Shown here: positions 1 to 13,470 of the stretch, in pieces | Layout: every line of letters begins with the position of its first letter | Position numbering within the stretch: the first letter of the stretch is position 1 | Source: Octopus sinensis | Taxonomy: Eukaryota | Assembly (NCBI RefSeq): GCF_006345805.1 | Contig: NC_043000.1 | Coordinates: 103,478,001 to 103,542,000, forward strand | Reading direction: 5' to 3' | DNA: 64,000 nt | The notes under the pieces: model-generated | What the model saw: the letters and a program-made list of their open reading frames with translations, nothing else | Databases searched by the model: none | What the model was told of the DNA's origin: nothing | Made by a program: the position numbers and the translations under genes

Positions 1-520
1 ATAGCCACAGAGCTAATAATATAACTGTCAACCCAATAACATAAACCCTACACAGCCACACAGAATATGTGATGGTAGAATAGATAATAATTGTGTATTT
101 AATAATAACTGCATTAGAAATGAGGTAGTATATTAATGTATAGTAAGTACACAATATAACAGCAAGGTATATGTGGGAGCGACAAAAAACAATATGAAAC
201 AGAGACTTAATTATCATAACTATACATTTAGAGAAACAAATAGGAGAAATTCTACAGGGTTGAGTAGTTATATATGGGAACTTAGGGATGGAGGAATTAA
301 CTATTATTTAAATTGGAAAATATTAACAACAGCACCTGTGTATAATACTAAAAATAGAAAATGTATGTTGTGTATTAACGAAATTTTATTTATAATTGGG
401 ACTAAAATTCCGCTTATTAATAGCTTTAAGGAATGCAATGTTTCCTGTCTTCATAAAATTGGGCATACCTTTCCAAAATACCACAAGAAGATACTATTAA
501 AATACCCCTACTGACATAAT
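1..520 (+). mobile_element. Penelope-like element (PLE) 3' fragment, GIY-YIG endonuclease, decayed
   Basis: Frame from 110 reads CIRNEVVY*CIVSTQYNSKVYVGATKNNMKQRLNYH..LSSYIWEL..W.IL..A..YN....C.LC..E..FI, typical of PLE GIY-YIG C-termini; one internal stop. Confidence 0.8.
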
Positions 521-944
521 AATGATTATTATTATTATTGTTCGAGTTTTTGTTATTATATTGTATTATATAATATGTGATAACTATTCAGGTATATATA
601 TAAAAGAGGATATATATTAAGTTAGCTATAATTATATACAAGTATGTATGTGTGAATATATATTACTATTGTTGCTACTTTTGTATTAATATATATGGAT
701 ATGTGTGTACATATGTATATTTGTGCACGCACTTGTGTATATATATATTTATGTATGCACACACATATATGTAGGCTTAGGTAGGTATGTATATGTTTAT
801 GTCTGCTGGTACTTTTAACAAATAAACATTGACTGGCTTATACTTTACATTTAATTACATCCCACATGTATATAAAATAATAACATTATGTAGTACTACC
901 CTTTGGTATTAATCAGTTTTTTGGGGGATAAAATATGTGTGTAT

Positions 945-977
945 GGGTATATACATTTATATATATATATACATACA

Positions 978-1010
<33 letters not shown>
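945..1010. repeat. (TA)n microsatellite
   Basis: Direct reading. Confidence 0.9.
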
Positions 1011-1015
<5 letters not shown>

Positions 1016-1064
1016 ATAGGAAAGAATGGAGCTGAACGAAGATTTAACAAAATTCCTTTATTTT

Positions 1065-1150
1065 ATTTTCGACATATGTTTCGAAGTCAGCAAAGTCCCT
1101 AATTCCGATTGAATAAGGAGTCCATTTTGCAGCTTTCTCTTCAGGAAAAT
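1065..1150 (-). ncRNA. Type I hammerhead ribozyme in an inverted PLE terminal region
   Basis: Minus strand: AUUUUC-CUGAAGA-G..long hairpin..C-GAAA-CAUAUG-UC^-GAAAAU. Full core, G10.1-C11.1 pair, 6-bp stem I, palindromic stem III (ACAUAUGU), GUC cleavage at 1071. Confidence 0.75.
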
Positions 1151-1333
1151 CCAGGAACTTAATTCTCCAACAAAATGCACAAGCTTTTCGACAAACGCTC
1201 ACGAGGAGCCCATGAAATTAATGATACAAACTGTCTATCTATATGCGTTGACACCAGATTGGATGAAAGCAGAAGAGATTGTCCGTTGAGATAGTTCAAG
1301 GTCAGAATCAAGTTAGCAGAAGGGGGGTACAGG

Positions 1334-1368
<35 letters not shown>

Positions 1369-1429
1369 TGTATGTGCATGTTTGTGTATACAGATACAGA
1401 CATTGATATGCAACCCCATTACAGAACCA

Positions 1430-1530
1430 ATAAATTAATTGATTGATTAATTAATTAATTAATTAATTAATTAATTAATTGATTAATTAATTAATTGGCT
1501 GATTGATAAGTTGATTGATTGATTCAATAA
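1430..1530. repeat. (TAAT)n/(TGAT)n microsatellite
   Basis: Direct reading. Confidence 0.9.
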
Positions 1531-3554
1531 TGGACCTAAATGAGTATAATATTATAATTATAGACCTCGATAAACCAGAATTACCTTTCTTCATTCTATT
1601 CATAGTTTAAAAACCCCCATTAACATCACACCTCTTAAATATAACATTAAAAGTAATTAACTGAATAAATAGACAGATAAATATTTTAAAGGACTGGATG
1701 ACTGATGGGTATATTAATTAAGTGACTCAATGCTATTACATAGTCTTGCATTTGAGGCATTTTGTCAGATAAAATAGATTTTAAACAATTTTAGCGATAA
1801 ATAACAACAATTTAGTAATATGTAAGCATATATATAAAAGAGGATATATAAGGATATATATTGAGTTGGTTCGTTAATTTAGTAACTAAACGTTGTTGCA
1901 TGGAGAATTACAATTCATGCATTTCATCGAAGAATACATTTTAAGCATAATTTAGCGATAAATAACAACTTAGTGAAACAACTTGTACAGTCACTTTTGG
2001 TCTTTTGTCCCTTATTTGAATTTGATCCGAATAACTTACAACATATAATCTTAACCATATATTACCCGTATGGTTTAGTAAATATTCAAATGGTACCCCT
2101 AATTAAACAGATACATGTATTATTATATACTGTTTTTAATAAATTTCTAATAACTTATCTTCCATATGCAGTATATTAAAAAAACTTCCCCTTAGTAATA
2201 TCACTTTAACTTAAAATACTAATATATATATATAAGATTTTTTTGCGTGATAAAATAAAAAAGCCAAGGCTGTATAGATATTAGAGCATTTATAGATAGA
2301 AGGTTTTACGGCTGTTTCTAGGATATTTATTAATAATATCCTTTCATCGGAGACGGTTTGAGAGGAAAGTTAAGTCATAGTTAGTTTAGATGTGATACAA
2401 AATAGAGAGTGAGGTGGAAGAAAGAAAACAGATGCAAGATATGTATGGGCATTGAAGTTGTAAATCCATTTTATAGGCATAATGGTACATATGCAATATT
2501 CCAATATCCTATGAGTAAAGTCCAAAAGTTCAACAGTAGTGAATGAGACTGATTGTTGATAATACAGGGACAACTTCAGTCATATTTCATATTTATTAGA
2601 TCTCATCAGTGATATATCTGTGACATATAGTGGTAATCATTATCTTCATAATAGTATTATTTATTTTATGGGCTTATTTATTTATTAACGAAACTTTATC
2701 GGGAACATGCAAGCAATCATCACATAAATTTCTCAGGATAGAATGTTAAAAAAGCTCTGCATAATTCTAATAATGAAAAATTGCCCCAACTACGCACACA
2801 CAAAAAGACTTCTTTTGTTTTAACATCATGAGAATTTAGAAACTTCGAGAGAACGTGAAATAATTTTTCTTTTTTTTTTTTTTGTCAAGTGAAACTCAAA
2901 GCAGATAAAGCTATAAATAACAGCGTGTAAAAATTGGGTTAAAGACACTCTGGATAGCAAAGTCGAAGGTTATTATTTATAGCTATTAGTTATAGCTTTA
3001 TTAGCTTCGAGTTTCACTGTTCCAAAAGAGAACTTTTTTGCCAGAAATTCAAATGACAAGACCGTATGAATTTTATTGAAGCTCAACTTTACTGAATACC
3101 CCAAATCCATAGCTTTAACAAACGAAATCCTTGTCACTCACACCGCCAGAAATGCAGTGAACTTTTCATTAGTCTGATGAAAACCTATAACCAATGACAA
3201 CTTTATTTACATTTTTTATATTTGACGGATATTTGTCCTCATCTTGTTTGTTGTTAACACAACGTTTTGGCTGATATACCCTCCAGCCTCGGATGAAAGA
3301 CGTATTGAAAGAGGAAATCTAACGTTAACCCAACTCCCTGACAATTAAATAAGGAAAATTATTTCTTTCAGATTGTTTTAAGAAATTAGAAGATTGATCT
3401 CTGTTCTGATATACGAAGAACAAATATACAAAACCTAACCTTATTTCTACTCGTATGTGTTGACGGATATCTACAATGTGCGTGAGTGTATGTATATGTC
3501 TGTGTATAAAAAATATACACAATTCACACGTACGCACTTCTACATGCTGACATA

Positions 3555-3555
3555 G

Positions 3556-3591
<36 letters not shown>

Positions 3592-3810
3592 ACGCGCGAA
3601 TTTATATATATATATTATGTATGTGTATGTATATATATGTGTGTGTGTGTGTGTAAACGTGTGTGTGAGTGTGTGCATATGTGTGTGCATGTGTGCGTCT
3701 GCATGTGTATCGCGTGAATGTGGGCGTGTACATACACATATCTCTACCTATATATATATATATATCTGTATGTGTTTATACATATCTATATCTACACACA
3801 CACACATCCG
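3555..3810. repeat. (TG)n/(TA)n composite microsatellite
   Basis: Direct reading; explains the HT/CV-rich ORFs here. Confidence 0.9.
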
Positions 3811-4387
3811 TTACACAAAAATGATTGTTTTTTTGGCGTCAATGGCACTAGTATTTTCGTCTGAGTGCAGAGATAATTATTAGGAGAAAAAAAATATACT
3901 TTCAGAAGATGGTAATAACAGCTTATGGAAGAGAAATTAACTGATCTAATTAACCATTAATAATATGTACTAATTAACGTTAATTGTTATATAAAAAGAA
4001 GAATATCGCTATCTTTTAACGATGAAAGCACGTGGCTGCCTTTCATAGCAGTGAATTATTGTAGCTGTTGGCCTGAGTGTGATGACAGTCTTTGAAACAA
4101 GTGAGATCCTTGCTAATTACTGCAAAAGAGATAAAAGAAAAATACAGAAAACTTTTAATTCTTTGTAGACATTATGGGTAAAGTATATACTTGAAGAAAA
4201 AAACAATGCGTTTAAGTAAACTTGGAAACGATACAAGCTATTATTATTGTTTTCTTTCCTTTCTTTTTTAGTCAACAAATTCTGTAAAATACCAAACTTG
4301 GATTTTCGCACTAACTTAATTTCTTTGTCAGGGATTAGATTGAAAGAGTAAGAAACAGTAATGAATTTATTCATAAATATGTGCAGA

Positions 4388-4580
4388 CAGGCGTGGCTGT
4401 GTGATTAAGAATTTCGCTTTACAATTATGTGGTTTCGGGTTCAGTTCCTACTACAATAACACCAGGTCGAAAAATGCTTTGTGAGTGAATTTGGTGGACA
4501 AAACCTGTGCAAAAACCCATCGTATGTTTGTTTGTCTCCACGGAATAACTACCAGGTTTTAAAATAAGTATTGGGGTTCA
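4388..4580 (+). mobile_element. SINE family 1 (tRNA-derived), 5' part, decayed
   Basis: Head gcgtggctgtgtg..ggttcagttcc (A/B-box like), homologous to other copies in the window. Confidence 0.6.
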
Positions 4581-4869
4581 TTCATTTCTCTCTCACTCGG
4601 CCCCGCCCACAGAATCAGCTACATTACGCTGTGTGAAAGTTCGTGGGGGTCCACTCATTGTGTCCCTTTCTCCAGAAAGGAGAAAATGGATTGAGTGAGG
4701 AGGCTAGCAACACCTCTTCTCATAGAAAACTTTATATACTATTAAAAGACATACACACAAATACACACACTCAAATATATAATGCTCGATTGTTATTTTG
4801 AAGACATTTTAAAAATAACAATCAAACATTTACAGACACAAGAACTCAGTATTGGTTTCATATTTTGGC

Positions 4870-5070
4870 ACAAGATCAGCCAGTTCAAGGGAGTGGGCCA
4901 GTCGATCACATTGATCCCAGTGCCAAACTGGTACTTATTTTATCGATCCCGAAAGGATGAAAGGAAAAATCGATGTTGGTAGAATTCGAACTCAGAACGT
5001 AAAGACGGGCGAAATACCGCTAAGCATTTTGCCCGGCGCAGTAACCATTCTGCCAGTTTGCCACTTAACA
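4870..5070 (-). mobile_element. SINE family 2
   Basis: Reverse complement of ..gttctgagttcgaatt..tttcatcctttcggg.tcgataaa.taagtaccag.. core. Confidence 0.8.
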
Positions 5071-5215
5071 AGAACTCCATATTAAAAGCAGAATGAAATA
5101 TTTATTTTAAAAATTCATTATTACTGGGTCTTTAAAGCTTCGCCTTTAGGAAAACCTAAAAGTCTCTATCAAAACGTATTCTGTAACACCACACAAATCA
5201 CCCATACATACTCCC

Positions 5216-5271
<56 letters not shown>

Positions 5272-5309
5272 AATGATTGTAACGTAAACCAAGTACTCTT
5301 CCTCATTGT

Positions 5310-5550
5310 GATCCGACTTTTCGTCCGATATCACTTCGTCCACGTCTTTTGGTCCGACGTCTTTTGAGCCGATGATTTTTTATCCAATGACATTTTGTCC
5401 AATTTTTAAATAAACTCTTTAGAAAACAAGGTGAACATCAAAATCAGGTAATCATTGAGAATTTTATTAATAGGATTTGTCGTTCGACAAAAAAAATCAT
5501 GAGACAAAAAGACGTCGGACGAAAAGACGTGACCGAAAAGACATAGCACC
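5310..5550. mobile_element. Foldback/MITE-like element with modular ~15-bp inverted subrepeats (second copy ~6964-7204)
   Basis: Left arm gacttttcgtccg..gtcttttggtccgacgtcttttg is inverted relative to right arm caaaaagacgtcggacgaaaagacgtgaccgaaaagac. Confidence 0.6.
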
Positions 5551-6104
5551 GTTCTTCATTTATTTCGCTACGAGAATCTTATGGTTACAAATATAATCTA
5601 TGACAAAATATATTTTTGTTTCCATTAAAAGCCTTCGAAATAGACGAAACGAAAGCGAATGTCCTCTGAGACAGCCCAACTGGTAGAATATTATCTGAAG
5701 TATTATCATTTAATTTAACATCTGCTCAAAAGGCTATTTAATATCTTCTCTGCTGTTGCATGTCAACTCCAGTAATAGCTGATGGAAGATCAAAGAAACT
5801 AAATAAAAACGTGTTCAATTAAGTACTGTAGGATGAGAGACATTCCCAGTATGTAGAGACCACAACATACTTTCAATATCCAGTTGAAGCAGTTTTACTT
5901 TACTTAAACTACTCATAGAATAAGGTGAACCATTATACAATTCTTTTTCCTCTTTGTGTATAATTTTGTGTCTAATGAAAAATATAAGACGTAGGTAAGA
6001 ATAAATGACGTAGATAAGGAAATAATATTATTCTCAAACGCAGAATAGTGCTAACAATATAGCAAAGACAGGATAAACTATCCATATTTTGCAGAAAAAT
6101 CTGT

Positions 6105-6180
6105 CGGCGGTCAACCATGAGACTCGAACTCACATCCCTGTGATTACGCGTCAAGTGCAGTTTAATTTTTCCCACATCAC
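6105..6180 (-). pseudogene. tRNA-like relic or SINE head (second copy ~7759-7834)
   Basis: T-arm GTGAG-TTCGAGT-CTCAT present; anticodon and acceptor arms degraded. Confidence 0.4.
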
Positions 6181-6873
6181 AGAGATTCAGAGAGAGAGAG
6201 AGTTTATATCGTGTAGGGGTTTTGTTGTTTTAAGCAGGTAAAATTTAAGTCTCTTTATAAATAAGGACATTAGTGTATTGAAGGTAGATTTTTTCCCGCA
6301 AAAGTTATTGCTGTTCTTTAGCCCTGGGTCAGACCTGATCGAGGAGATCTATGATAAAAAAATGTTTTAGTCTTTTCTCTTTTTCCAGTATATCAAGAAC
6401 TATATCTGGCAACGTCCTCATATTTTTATAAAATTATAAGACAAGATCTTCGAAAGATTTGGCCATTACATAGAAACTCGCTAGTTTCTGCGAAAGTAAT
6501 TAAGTACGGGACGGCGCGTTTAGGAAAAGACTCGTCAATTTTACAATGTTACTGTTGTCTACTAATGAAACTGCCTTACATCATCAGTTTCGAGCACCTT
6601 GGTCATAAATACAACACAATGTTGTTGATATGAAACGAATTGCTAAAATTTCAATAATTAGTAATTAGTTCAGTATCGTTATGAACGCAGCCATTACTAT
6701 TTTTCGATAAAGAGAACTAATTTAGTTGAAATTCTAATTTTTAAAAAGTTTCTTTTCGCCCAATTGACATTGTTTTACATCAAATTAATATGGGTCTCAT
6801 AAATTTTTCGCTGACGATCTTTTTTATATTATTTTCCTTTCATTTTATCACACACACCATACAAGTATATATA

Positions 6874-6913
<40 letters not shown>

Positions 6914-6924
6914 TATATATATAT

Positions 6925-8517
6925 AAATGATTGTAACGTAAACCAAGTACTCTTCCTCATTGTGATCCGACTTTTCGTCCGATATCACTTCGTCCACGTC
7001 TTTTGGTCCGACGTCTTTTGAGCCGATGATTTTTTATCCAATGACATTTTGTCCAATTTTTAAATAAACTCTTTAGAAAACAAGGTGAACATCAAAATCA
7101 GGTAATCATTGAGAATTTTATTAATAGGATTTGTCGTTCGACAAAAAAAATCATGAGACAAAAAGACGTCGGACGAAAAGACGTGACCGAAAAGACATAG
7201 CACCGTTCTTCATTTATTTCGCTACGAGAATCTTATGGTTACAAATATAATCTATGACAAAATATATTTTTGTTTCCATTAAAAGCCTTCGAAATAGACG
7301 AAACGAAAGCGAATGTCCTCTGAGACAGCCCAACTGGTAGAATATTATCTGAAGTATTATCATTTAATTTAACATCTGCTCAAAAGGCTATTTAATATCT
7401 TCTCTGCTGTTGCATGTCAACTCCAGTAATAGCTGATGGAAGATCAAAGAAACTAAATAAAAACGTGTTCAATTAAGTACTGTAGGATGAGAGACATTCC
7501 CAGTATGTAGAGACCACAACATACTTTCAATATCCAGTTGAAGCAGTTTTACTTTACTTAAACTACTCATAGAATAAGGTGAACCATTATACAATTATTT
7601 TTCCTCTTTGTGTATAATTTTGTGTCTAATGAAAAATATAAGACGTAGGTAAGAATAAATGACGTAGATAAGGAAATAATATTATTCTCAAACGCAGAAT
7701 AGTGCTAACAATATAGCAAAGACAGGATAAACTATCCATATTTTGCAGAAAAATCTGTCGGCGGTCAACCATGAGACTCGAACTCACATCCCTGTGATTA
7801 CGCGTCAAGTGCAGTTTAATTTTTCCCACATCACAGAGATTCAGAGATAGAGAGAGTTTATATCGTGTAGGGGTTTTGTTGTTTTAAGCAGGTAAAATTT
7901 AAGTCTCTTTATAAATAAGGACATTAGTGTATTGAAGGTAGATTTTTTCCCGCAAAAGTTATTGCTGTTCTTTAGCCCTGGGTCAGACCTGATCGAGGAG
8001 ATCTATGATAAAAAATGTTTTAGTCTTTTCTCTTTTTCCAGTATATCAAGAACTATATCTGGCAACGTCCTCATATTTTTATAAAATTATAAGACAAGAT
8101 CTTCGAAAGATTTGGCCATTACATAGAAACTCGCTAGTTTCTGCGAAAGTAATTAAGTACGGGACGGCGCGTTTAGGAAAAGACTCGTCAATTTTACAAT
8201 GTTACTGTTGTCTACTAATGAAACTGCCTTACATCATCAGTTTCGAGCACCTTGGTCATAAATACAACACAATGTTGTTGATATGAAACGAATTGCTAAA
8301 ATTTCAATAATTAGTAATTAGTTCAGTATCGTTATGAACGCAGCCATTACTATTTTTCGATAAAGAGAACTAATTTAGTTGAAATTCTAATTTTTAAAAA
8401 GTTTCTTTTCGCCCAATTGACATTGTTTTACATCAAATTAATATGGGTCTCATAAATTTTTCGCTGACGATCTTTTTTATATTATTTTCCTTTCATTTTA
8501 TCACACACACCATACAA

Positions 8518-8518
<1 letters not shown>
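6925..8518. repeat. Tandem duplication copy B
   Basis: Near-identical to 5271-6865; (TA)n tracts at 5231-5270, 6866-6924 and 8519-8574 bound the units. Confidence 0.97.
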
Positions 8519-8579
<61 letters not shown>

Positions 8580-9859
8580 ATAAAAGAAGATTCTCTGAAG
8601 GCTAAATTTATTATAGCATCCGGCTTTTTATCATTTCGAACCCTTCAAGATATCACCTGTCTTGAAATCTAAGCACAAATTTTACAACAATAAATTAGTC
8701 TAGAATTTGCTCTGAAATGCTTAGAAACTACAGAAGCCAATTGAGAACAAAGGTTAAGTTTGGGTTAAAATATGACGTTTCTACTGATGAGTCAGAGATT
8801 CCAAGATCTGATAAGGGGAAAACGTCAACAACTTAAATACTGAACTTATTTTTCTTCTTTCACCGATAAAAGAAGGAACGTTTCATTGGAGAATTATCCA
8901 GTTAAAAGTTTTCTTTCTTCAGTTTCAAATAGTAAAGTTAAACTATTATATTACTTAGTTTTAGAAGTATCGAATATACAGAAAAAGTTTAAAGTAGACC
9001 TTCATAATTTTTATGGTCTCTCATCATGATTTATACTTCCGTGGCTCAGTTCCCACTTGATTATTTGACTGAAATGCAAATTTCAGACAATGTCTGCTAA
9101 GCCTCAGCCGTCTTTCTACTATTTGCTGGCACAGATATGTTTTCTCAAAGGTTATATTTGTAAGTGTAAGGATTATAAATAAAGATTCGTACTCGGGTCA
9201 CTTCATAAGTAAATGTAGGCAGATTTACACATTGGCGATTTATAAAACTCTTTGTTGTGAATAAAAAGAGGGGATCTTGTTGGTAGCCATAATTGATAGA
9301 AATAGTAAGACACCAGTTAAAGTATCTTATAATTTTAGTTATGTTGCTTTACGTTCTATGCTCACAACCAACCTCACTCATTCCCCTCACCACCTTTTTA
9401 CCATTGACAAACAACTGATTGTTTGTTCAACCTACAGACAGATTAAACAAATCATCGATTTGCTTGTCAGTTAGATATCTAACTAATTGAATAACAATAA
9501 AAGAAGTGATATTGAACCAGTGTGTGTAATAATAATTATTATTATTGGTGTAATGGCCCTCCCGAGATACAACATAATATACTTGACTTAGAATTGACTT
9601 TAAAATAAAGTTGACGTGAGAGAGAGAGACAGACAGACACAGAGAGAGAAAGAGAGAGAGAGAAAGAAAAGATTTTTCTCTTTGTAAGTATCTCGTTACG
9701 CCCCGAGTTGTTAGGGCATTTATTGACTGGTGAAAATATTGGTGGTGTATTCCAGAAGTGTCATTAGCTCCTGCTTATTACTCCGGCCACCTACATTTAA
9801 TAAGGATCTTACTCGATAGCTGAACCTACTAGAAATTGCAATTAAATAACTCTCATATT

Positions 9860-10010
9860 ACACACTACTGTCGCTAAAATAGAACAAGGGGATATATTGA
9901 ATAATGTATTACGAGATACACTAAATTTGAAAATAAAGACAGATTGCTTCTAAACGCCTTTTATAATAGGTTTGCTTGATCAGGCCTGATCTGACGCTAA
10001 ACAAAGACAC
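9860..10010 (+). repeat. Abundant ~200-bp interspersed repeat with (AAC)n tail (family 3)
   Basis: Shared motif gaaatagcagccaaatctccctc..cattggataatgtagtc..ggaatgcctttgatcataggt..gctaaacaacaac. Further copies near 10785, 30520, 31135, 31480, 32330, 32600, 33350, 37405, 52270, 55860, 58525, 58810 (+) and 6300, 7950, 28825, 55430 (-). Confidence 0.7.
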
Positions 10011-12809
10011 ATGTTATTGTGTTATTCATTGCAACTGTACGAGTATGATTTTTATTAGCGGAACCTACAAGTGTGCCGTCTTATCGAGAAGACTGGGTCT
10101 TTGGTGTCCTCTAATCGCTAAGATGTTCTAAAGAAACCCTGGGCGATACACCCTAATATCTACAAAGAAAAAAAAAATTTACACACAGACACACACACAG
10201 AGGTATAAACGTTATTTTAAAGTCCATGGCAAATATATCATGTATCTCGGAAGGGTCATTATGCCAATTCACTAACTATTTAATATCTTAAATGTAAGGA
10301 AAAGTAAAGAAGTAAATTGTGGGGAAAAGAGGGAATTTCTTTTTAGGGAGTTTCTGTGGAGAGGATGATGTCCTTTTCAGTTCAAATATCATTGAATTTC
10401 AAGATATCATATACTAGGACCTCACATGAATAAAAGGAAATAGCAAACATCTTTTCAACTTACTGAGATTCTTGAGAGCCAGTACCGAACTTCAGTTTCA
10501 CAGTGCCAAATCATTAAACGGTAAGACTCCTCACCCACGTCGGAATAGGACGTCAGTATACCTGATCTGATATCGCCATTAACAACAAGTAAATGAACTG
10601 AATCAATACCAAAAAAAAAAATGTAAAGTAAAGCTTTAAGATACAAGAAAGCGCATATATTGTATTTGAACTTTTAACCAAAGAGCTGGTAGCACAATAG
10701 TTTATCCACTAGGGCATTTTTTTATACTAGTGATTATTTAAAACTTACAATTACTCAAACCAATCAAAAAGCTTCAAAGTTGTGGCTAAGCCTGGTAGAA
10801 ATAACAGCCAAATTTCCCTCAAACTATGCCAACAGTTTTTTTTAAGAGTAGGACATACATTAGATTATGTAGTTATGACTACACTCCTAAAGATGGAATG
10901 GTAGTGGCTGGAATACCTTTGATCATGTCTGTTCGATCAATTCTGGCCTGTGGCTAGACAACTAAAAGTTGTAATCATTGACATTTCGCCTCGGCCTGAT
11001 GGTCAGGAGTGATCAATGCTTGTTATTCGAAACAGAACATCGCCTGACTGAAATAGAGTTTCAACGATGCTGACATTTAACTGTAAATATAGTTGTAGGT
11101 CATGGGTCATGGTGTGGGGGTTAAAAAGAGACAATTTGAATAAATTGTAGATGGGCCTATTTGTGAAAACGGACATTCTCTAATCTTTTCGGTTGAGGAA
11201 TGTGGAAAATGTTTCTTTTCCATGAAATGTAATTATTTACAGGGATTCGTCGTTTATTTGGCAAACAATGATGAAGCGGTTTCAAGATATAATATTTATA
11301 TACATTCGTGAAAGGGTATGTCGTTGGGTAAAGAGAAAAAAAAATATCCATCTGCGATATGTAGGGTGTATGTGAGTGCGAGTATAAATAAATCTTTAGG
11401 CTGACATGCGCTTAGTTAAAAAAAAAAGATGGAAGCCATATTCCCTCTATTTAAACCTTAAGCCAACTATAAATACAACACATAACGCACCCAATTACTC
11501 AGTAGTATGTTCTGTTATATATAGAAACAGCTTTACGCGAATGACATGAGCCAGTTTTACTCCCCTTAATAACACCAACAAAATCCCTGTGTGCGCAGGG
11601 AACGTATAATGTAACAAAACAAAAGCAAAAATAAATAAAAGGATTAAGCAGCTTCAACAGCGCTGGGTCGTCTGTTATTATAAAAGTAACACAAAAACCG
11701 TATCATGAGATTTTTCTGGGTGGAGTCATAGAATAACTTCTCTGGCAATTTACGGTTACTGTGATACCTGATGTTGATTCAACTGGTGTACAACATACAA
11801 CAAAGAAAACACAGCAGAAGTAATGGCAACATTATTAATAACTACTATCGCACAAAAAACAACAACAAAAACAGTAACTTAATGTAAATATTTGGAGGTC
11901 AGAAATAGCAATAATGTTACTATTTCGTGGGTAAACGGGATTTTCTTGTCCACCGGATAGTAATAATAATAATTTCTGTCACTGTGAAGCTCTCATTTAA
12001 ACTCTGTGATTGACACGGAGCTGAACTTATTAAGGATCAAGTTAGTGAACAAACATATACTTTTTAACAAAAGGACAAAATACCTTTCCAACTTCAGAAA
12101 CATTCACTATTTTCATTATTTGATATATATATTCTATATAAATATATATTCCATTTTTATATATATTGTATAAATATATACATTCTTTATTTCAATTTTT
12201 TACTAATGATGTATATGTTCAATATATATATATTTACATCAAACATTCAAGTTTTATATAACACACACTCGCCACACAGATAGATAAATAGATAGATAGA
12301 TGCATACGTAAATTTAAGTGTGTGTGTGTGTACAATTCAAATATTATATGTTAGACATGCATATATATTTTTTATTCAAATTTCATGTGTATTACATATA
12401 AACGTTCATATAATCGAATCACGTGCGTGCACACAGTATAGTCAGTCGAAGAGGGACAGGGCCCATGACTTTTTCGGAGTATCCGAGACTGGTGGAAGAA
12501 AGAGACTAAAGACAATGAAACAATGACTAAATCGTTATCCTCAGACCAGATACTTTGTCCAGACGTTTGTAACGGAGCTAATACTGTTGTTAGCATTATC
12601 TTTTTTTTTTTGATATCTCTGTAGGTGTCGTTGCTATTGTTGGTTTGTATAATATCATTCACAGCTCCAAATTTACATTCGAAATCCATTTGATATACAT
12701 ATCTTGCCAGATTTATAGATTGTTCCATATCATCATCCCATCGACATAGCCGAAGAACGTAACATAAAGTGATCTGTATTTTGTGGAGATAACTAAGATT
12801 AATTCTTTA

Positions 12810-13190
12810 TTATAATAAATTATATCTTACATAGAGGGGACAGCACAAGATATTACAAACAAATAGTGATCATAAGTTCGATTAATATAACTTTAAAAAT
12901 ATAATATATAATGATTAGGATTAAAAAATTTTACCCTTGGCCGGGAAGTCCACCGGCTACACCATACGACTTTACTATAGAAAACAAATTAAGCAGGGTC
13001 ATTTATCCCCAACTTCCTTTCGACATCCTTCCATCTTTTTCCGTATACACTTCGCGACAGGCATCTCTTCTCCGACCTTATCTTGCTCTTTAGATGATAT
13101 CTAAAGTAGTACAGCAAAGCAGGGCCAGAGATGAATGTTCCCGTCGCGACTCCTTTCGTTCTAGTTTTCCATATGCACTCTTTCAATTAT
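12810..13190 (-). mobile_element. L1/Tx1-like LINE 3' end (ORF2 C-terminus + 3' UTR), 5'-truncated
   Basis: KECIWKTR..ALLYYFRYHLKSKIRSEKRCLSRSVYGKRWK..* resembles the post-RT C-terminus of Tx1-type ORF2; ~180-bp UTR ends aataaagaattaat. Confidence 0.6.
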
Positions 13191-13289
13191 AAATACATGA
13201 TTCTATACATCGATCTAAAACAACAGGATTATTAAAGGAAGACCGGAATTTAAGAGAAGAGAAAACCATAAGGTCGCATGATATTCATC

Positions 13290-13397
13290 GAAGGATTTTA
13301 TTTCAGATATTCTCATTTTAAAAATAATCTCCGGTTAATCGTTGGGAGGACGTTGGTATTGCGTTGGCGGAGGTTTGCGCTCTCTGAGTGCTCTTGT
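13290..13397 (+). mobile_element. 3' fragment of a Helentron/DINE-like non-autonomous element
   Basis: ggcggaggtttgcgctctctgagtgctcttgtt 3' hairpin end; homologous to the end of the fuller copy at 57764-58108. Confidence 0.65.
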
Positions 13398-13470
13398 TAT
13401 TATTATTATTATTATTATTATCATTATTATTATCATTATTATTATTATTATTATTGTTATCATTATTATT

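Larger units (their letters stand above)
5271..6865. repeat. Tandem duplication copy A (unit 1654 bp)
   Basis: aaatgattgtaac at 5271 recurs at 6925; identical ORFs at 5972 and 7626; only a handful of differences seen. Confidence 0.97.

Noticed and set aside
3325-3883. ORFs of 107-121 aa on both strands
   Set aside because: Translations of (TG)n/(TA)n microsatellite.
5310-5550. Short spaced repeats resembling a CRISPR array
   Set aside because: Inverted subrepeats without unique spacers, eukaryotic context, no cas genes.
6105-6180. Functional tRNA gene
   Set aside because: Only the T-arm is intact; no acceptor stem or proper anticodon loop.
8770-8925. Hammerhead-like words (CTGATGA..GAAA at ~8785; minus-strand CTGAAGA..GAAACGTT)
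   Set aside because: Stem I does not pair and core spacing is wrong; at best a decayed relic.
9086-9160. Plus-strand exon-like segment MSAKPQPSFYYLLAQICFLKGYI with GTAAGT
   Set aside because: Isolated, weak acceptor, no partner exons or recognisable homology.
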